Below, in pieces: positions 62,646 to 64,000 of a stretch of 64,000 nucleotides of DNA. How positions within the stretch are numbered: the first letter of the stretch is position 1; every line of letters begins with the position of its first letter. The DNA lies in contig NC_082715.1 in the NCBI RefSeq assembly GCF_030144855.1, positions 31,620,001-31,684,000 of the forward strand, written 5' to 3'. Origin of the DNA: Hypanus sabinus (Eukaryota). The notes below the pieces were generated by a model. It saw only the letters and a program-made list of their open reading frames with translations. It ran no database searches and was not told where the DNA came from. The position numbers and the translations under genes were made by a program.

Positions 62646-64000
62646 TCAGAATCAGAATCAGGTTTGATGTCATTGGCATTTGTTGTGAAATTTTTTGTTT
62701 CGCTGCCCCAGTAAATTACAATACATAATAAAAAGTATAAAATACAATAAGAAATATATACATATTAAATTACATATTGTAGTGCAAAAAGAGAGGGAAA
62801 ATACCGAGGTAGTGTTCATGGGTTCATTGTCCATTCTGAAATCAGATGGGAGAGGGCAAAGAGGCATTTACTGAAATGTTGAGTGTGTGTCTTCAGGCTC
62901 CTGTACCCCCTCCTTGATGGTAGCAATGAGAAGAGGGCATGTCCTGGGTGATGGGGTCCTTAATAAAGGATGCCACCTTTTTGAGGCAGTGCCTTTTGAA
63001 GATGTCCTGGATTCTTGGAAGAATAGTGCCCATGATGGACCTGGCAGAGTTTACTTCTTTCTGCAGCTTTTTCAAATCCTATGCAGTGGCCACTTCATAC
63101 CAGGTCCAGTTGGTGATGCAACCAGTCAGAATGCTTTCCTCATTACATCTGTAGAAATTTGCGAGTGTCTTGGATAGCATACCAATTCTCTTAAAATCCC
63201 TAATGAAATATCACTGTTGCCATGCCTTCTTTGTAATTGCACCAATATGTTTGGCCCAGGATGGATCCTCAGAGAAGTTGACAGCCAGAAACTCGAAACC
63301 GCTCCCTCGATCCATTTCTAATCCCTCAAGGAAGACTGGTGGGTGTTCCATCAACTTCCCTTCCTTCAGTCCACAATTCCTTGGTCTTACTGATAATGAG
63401 TGCAAGATTATTGCTGCAACACCACTCAACCAGCTGATTTATCTTGCTCCAGTACACCTCTTCATCAGTGTCTGAAATTCTGCCAACAATAGTTGTGACA
63501 TTAGCAAATTTATAGATGGTGTTTGAGCTGTGCTTAGCCACACAGTCATGGGTGTAGAGAATAGAGCAGTGGGCTAAGCACACATACTTGAGCTGTGCCA
63601 GCATTGATTTACAGTGAGATGTTAATTCTGATCCATACAGCTTGCGGTCTCCCATTGAGGAAGTCGAGAATCCATTTGCAGAGGGAGGTCCAGAGGCCCA
63701 GGTTATGGAGCTTGTTGACTTGAACTGAGGGTATGATTGTGTTGCATGGTGAGCTATAGTCAGCAAATGGCAGCCTGATGTAGTTACTGCTATTGTGCAG
63801 GTGATCCAAGGCCAAATGGAGAGCCAGTGAGATTGCATCCATTGCAGGGGTATTGTGACAATAGGCAAATTGCAGTGTGCCTAGGTTTTTGCTTAGACAG
63901 GAGTTAATTCTTGCCATGACCAACCTCTCAAGATACTTCATCAGATTAGATGTGAGTGCCACTGGAGGATAGGTGTTGAGGCACCTTACCCTGCTCTTCT
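62646..64000 (-). mobile_element. Rex1/Babar-type LINE, runs off the right edge
   Basis: LQFAY, DAISLALH and DYSS motifs; tail tcagaatcagaatcaggttt. Confidence 0.88.

Overview
AT-rich vertebrate genomic DNA, mostly decayed transposable elements. The mix of repeats (CR1, Rex/Babar, Penelope, HE1-like and Deu SINEs) suggests a cartilaginous fish, probably a ray or skate; this is an inference. Four host genes were assembled by hand from GT-AG splice sites and reading-frame continuity. (1) The first two coding exons of a FAM228-family gene on the minus strand (ATG at 9052), running off the left edge. (2) A complete 4-coding-exon profilin-4 gene on the plus strand (16713-19069, 128 aa), head-to-head with FAM228. 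(3) An intact, uncharacterised coiled-coil ORF on the minus strand (31991-32758/32810). (4) A complete 9-exon SLC25A27/UCP4 gene on the minus strand (54948-41304, 317 aa). Best leads: a 28S rRNA 3'-end-derived segment inside a hAT-like DNA element (about 28.5-29.3 kb); three phase-compatible small candidate exons that could join UCP4 exon 8 in frame to the orphan ORF; an RFX X-box and a 5'-intact I/Nimb-clade LINE in the FAM228/PFN4 promoter; hammerhead-ribozyme remnants in Penelope pLTRs; and three clean solo LTRs with target-site duplications (TSDs). Family assignments come from recalled motifs; no database search was run.
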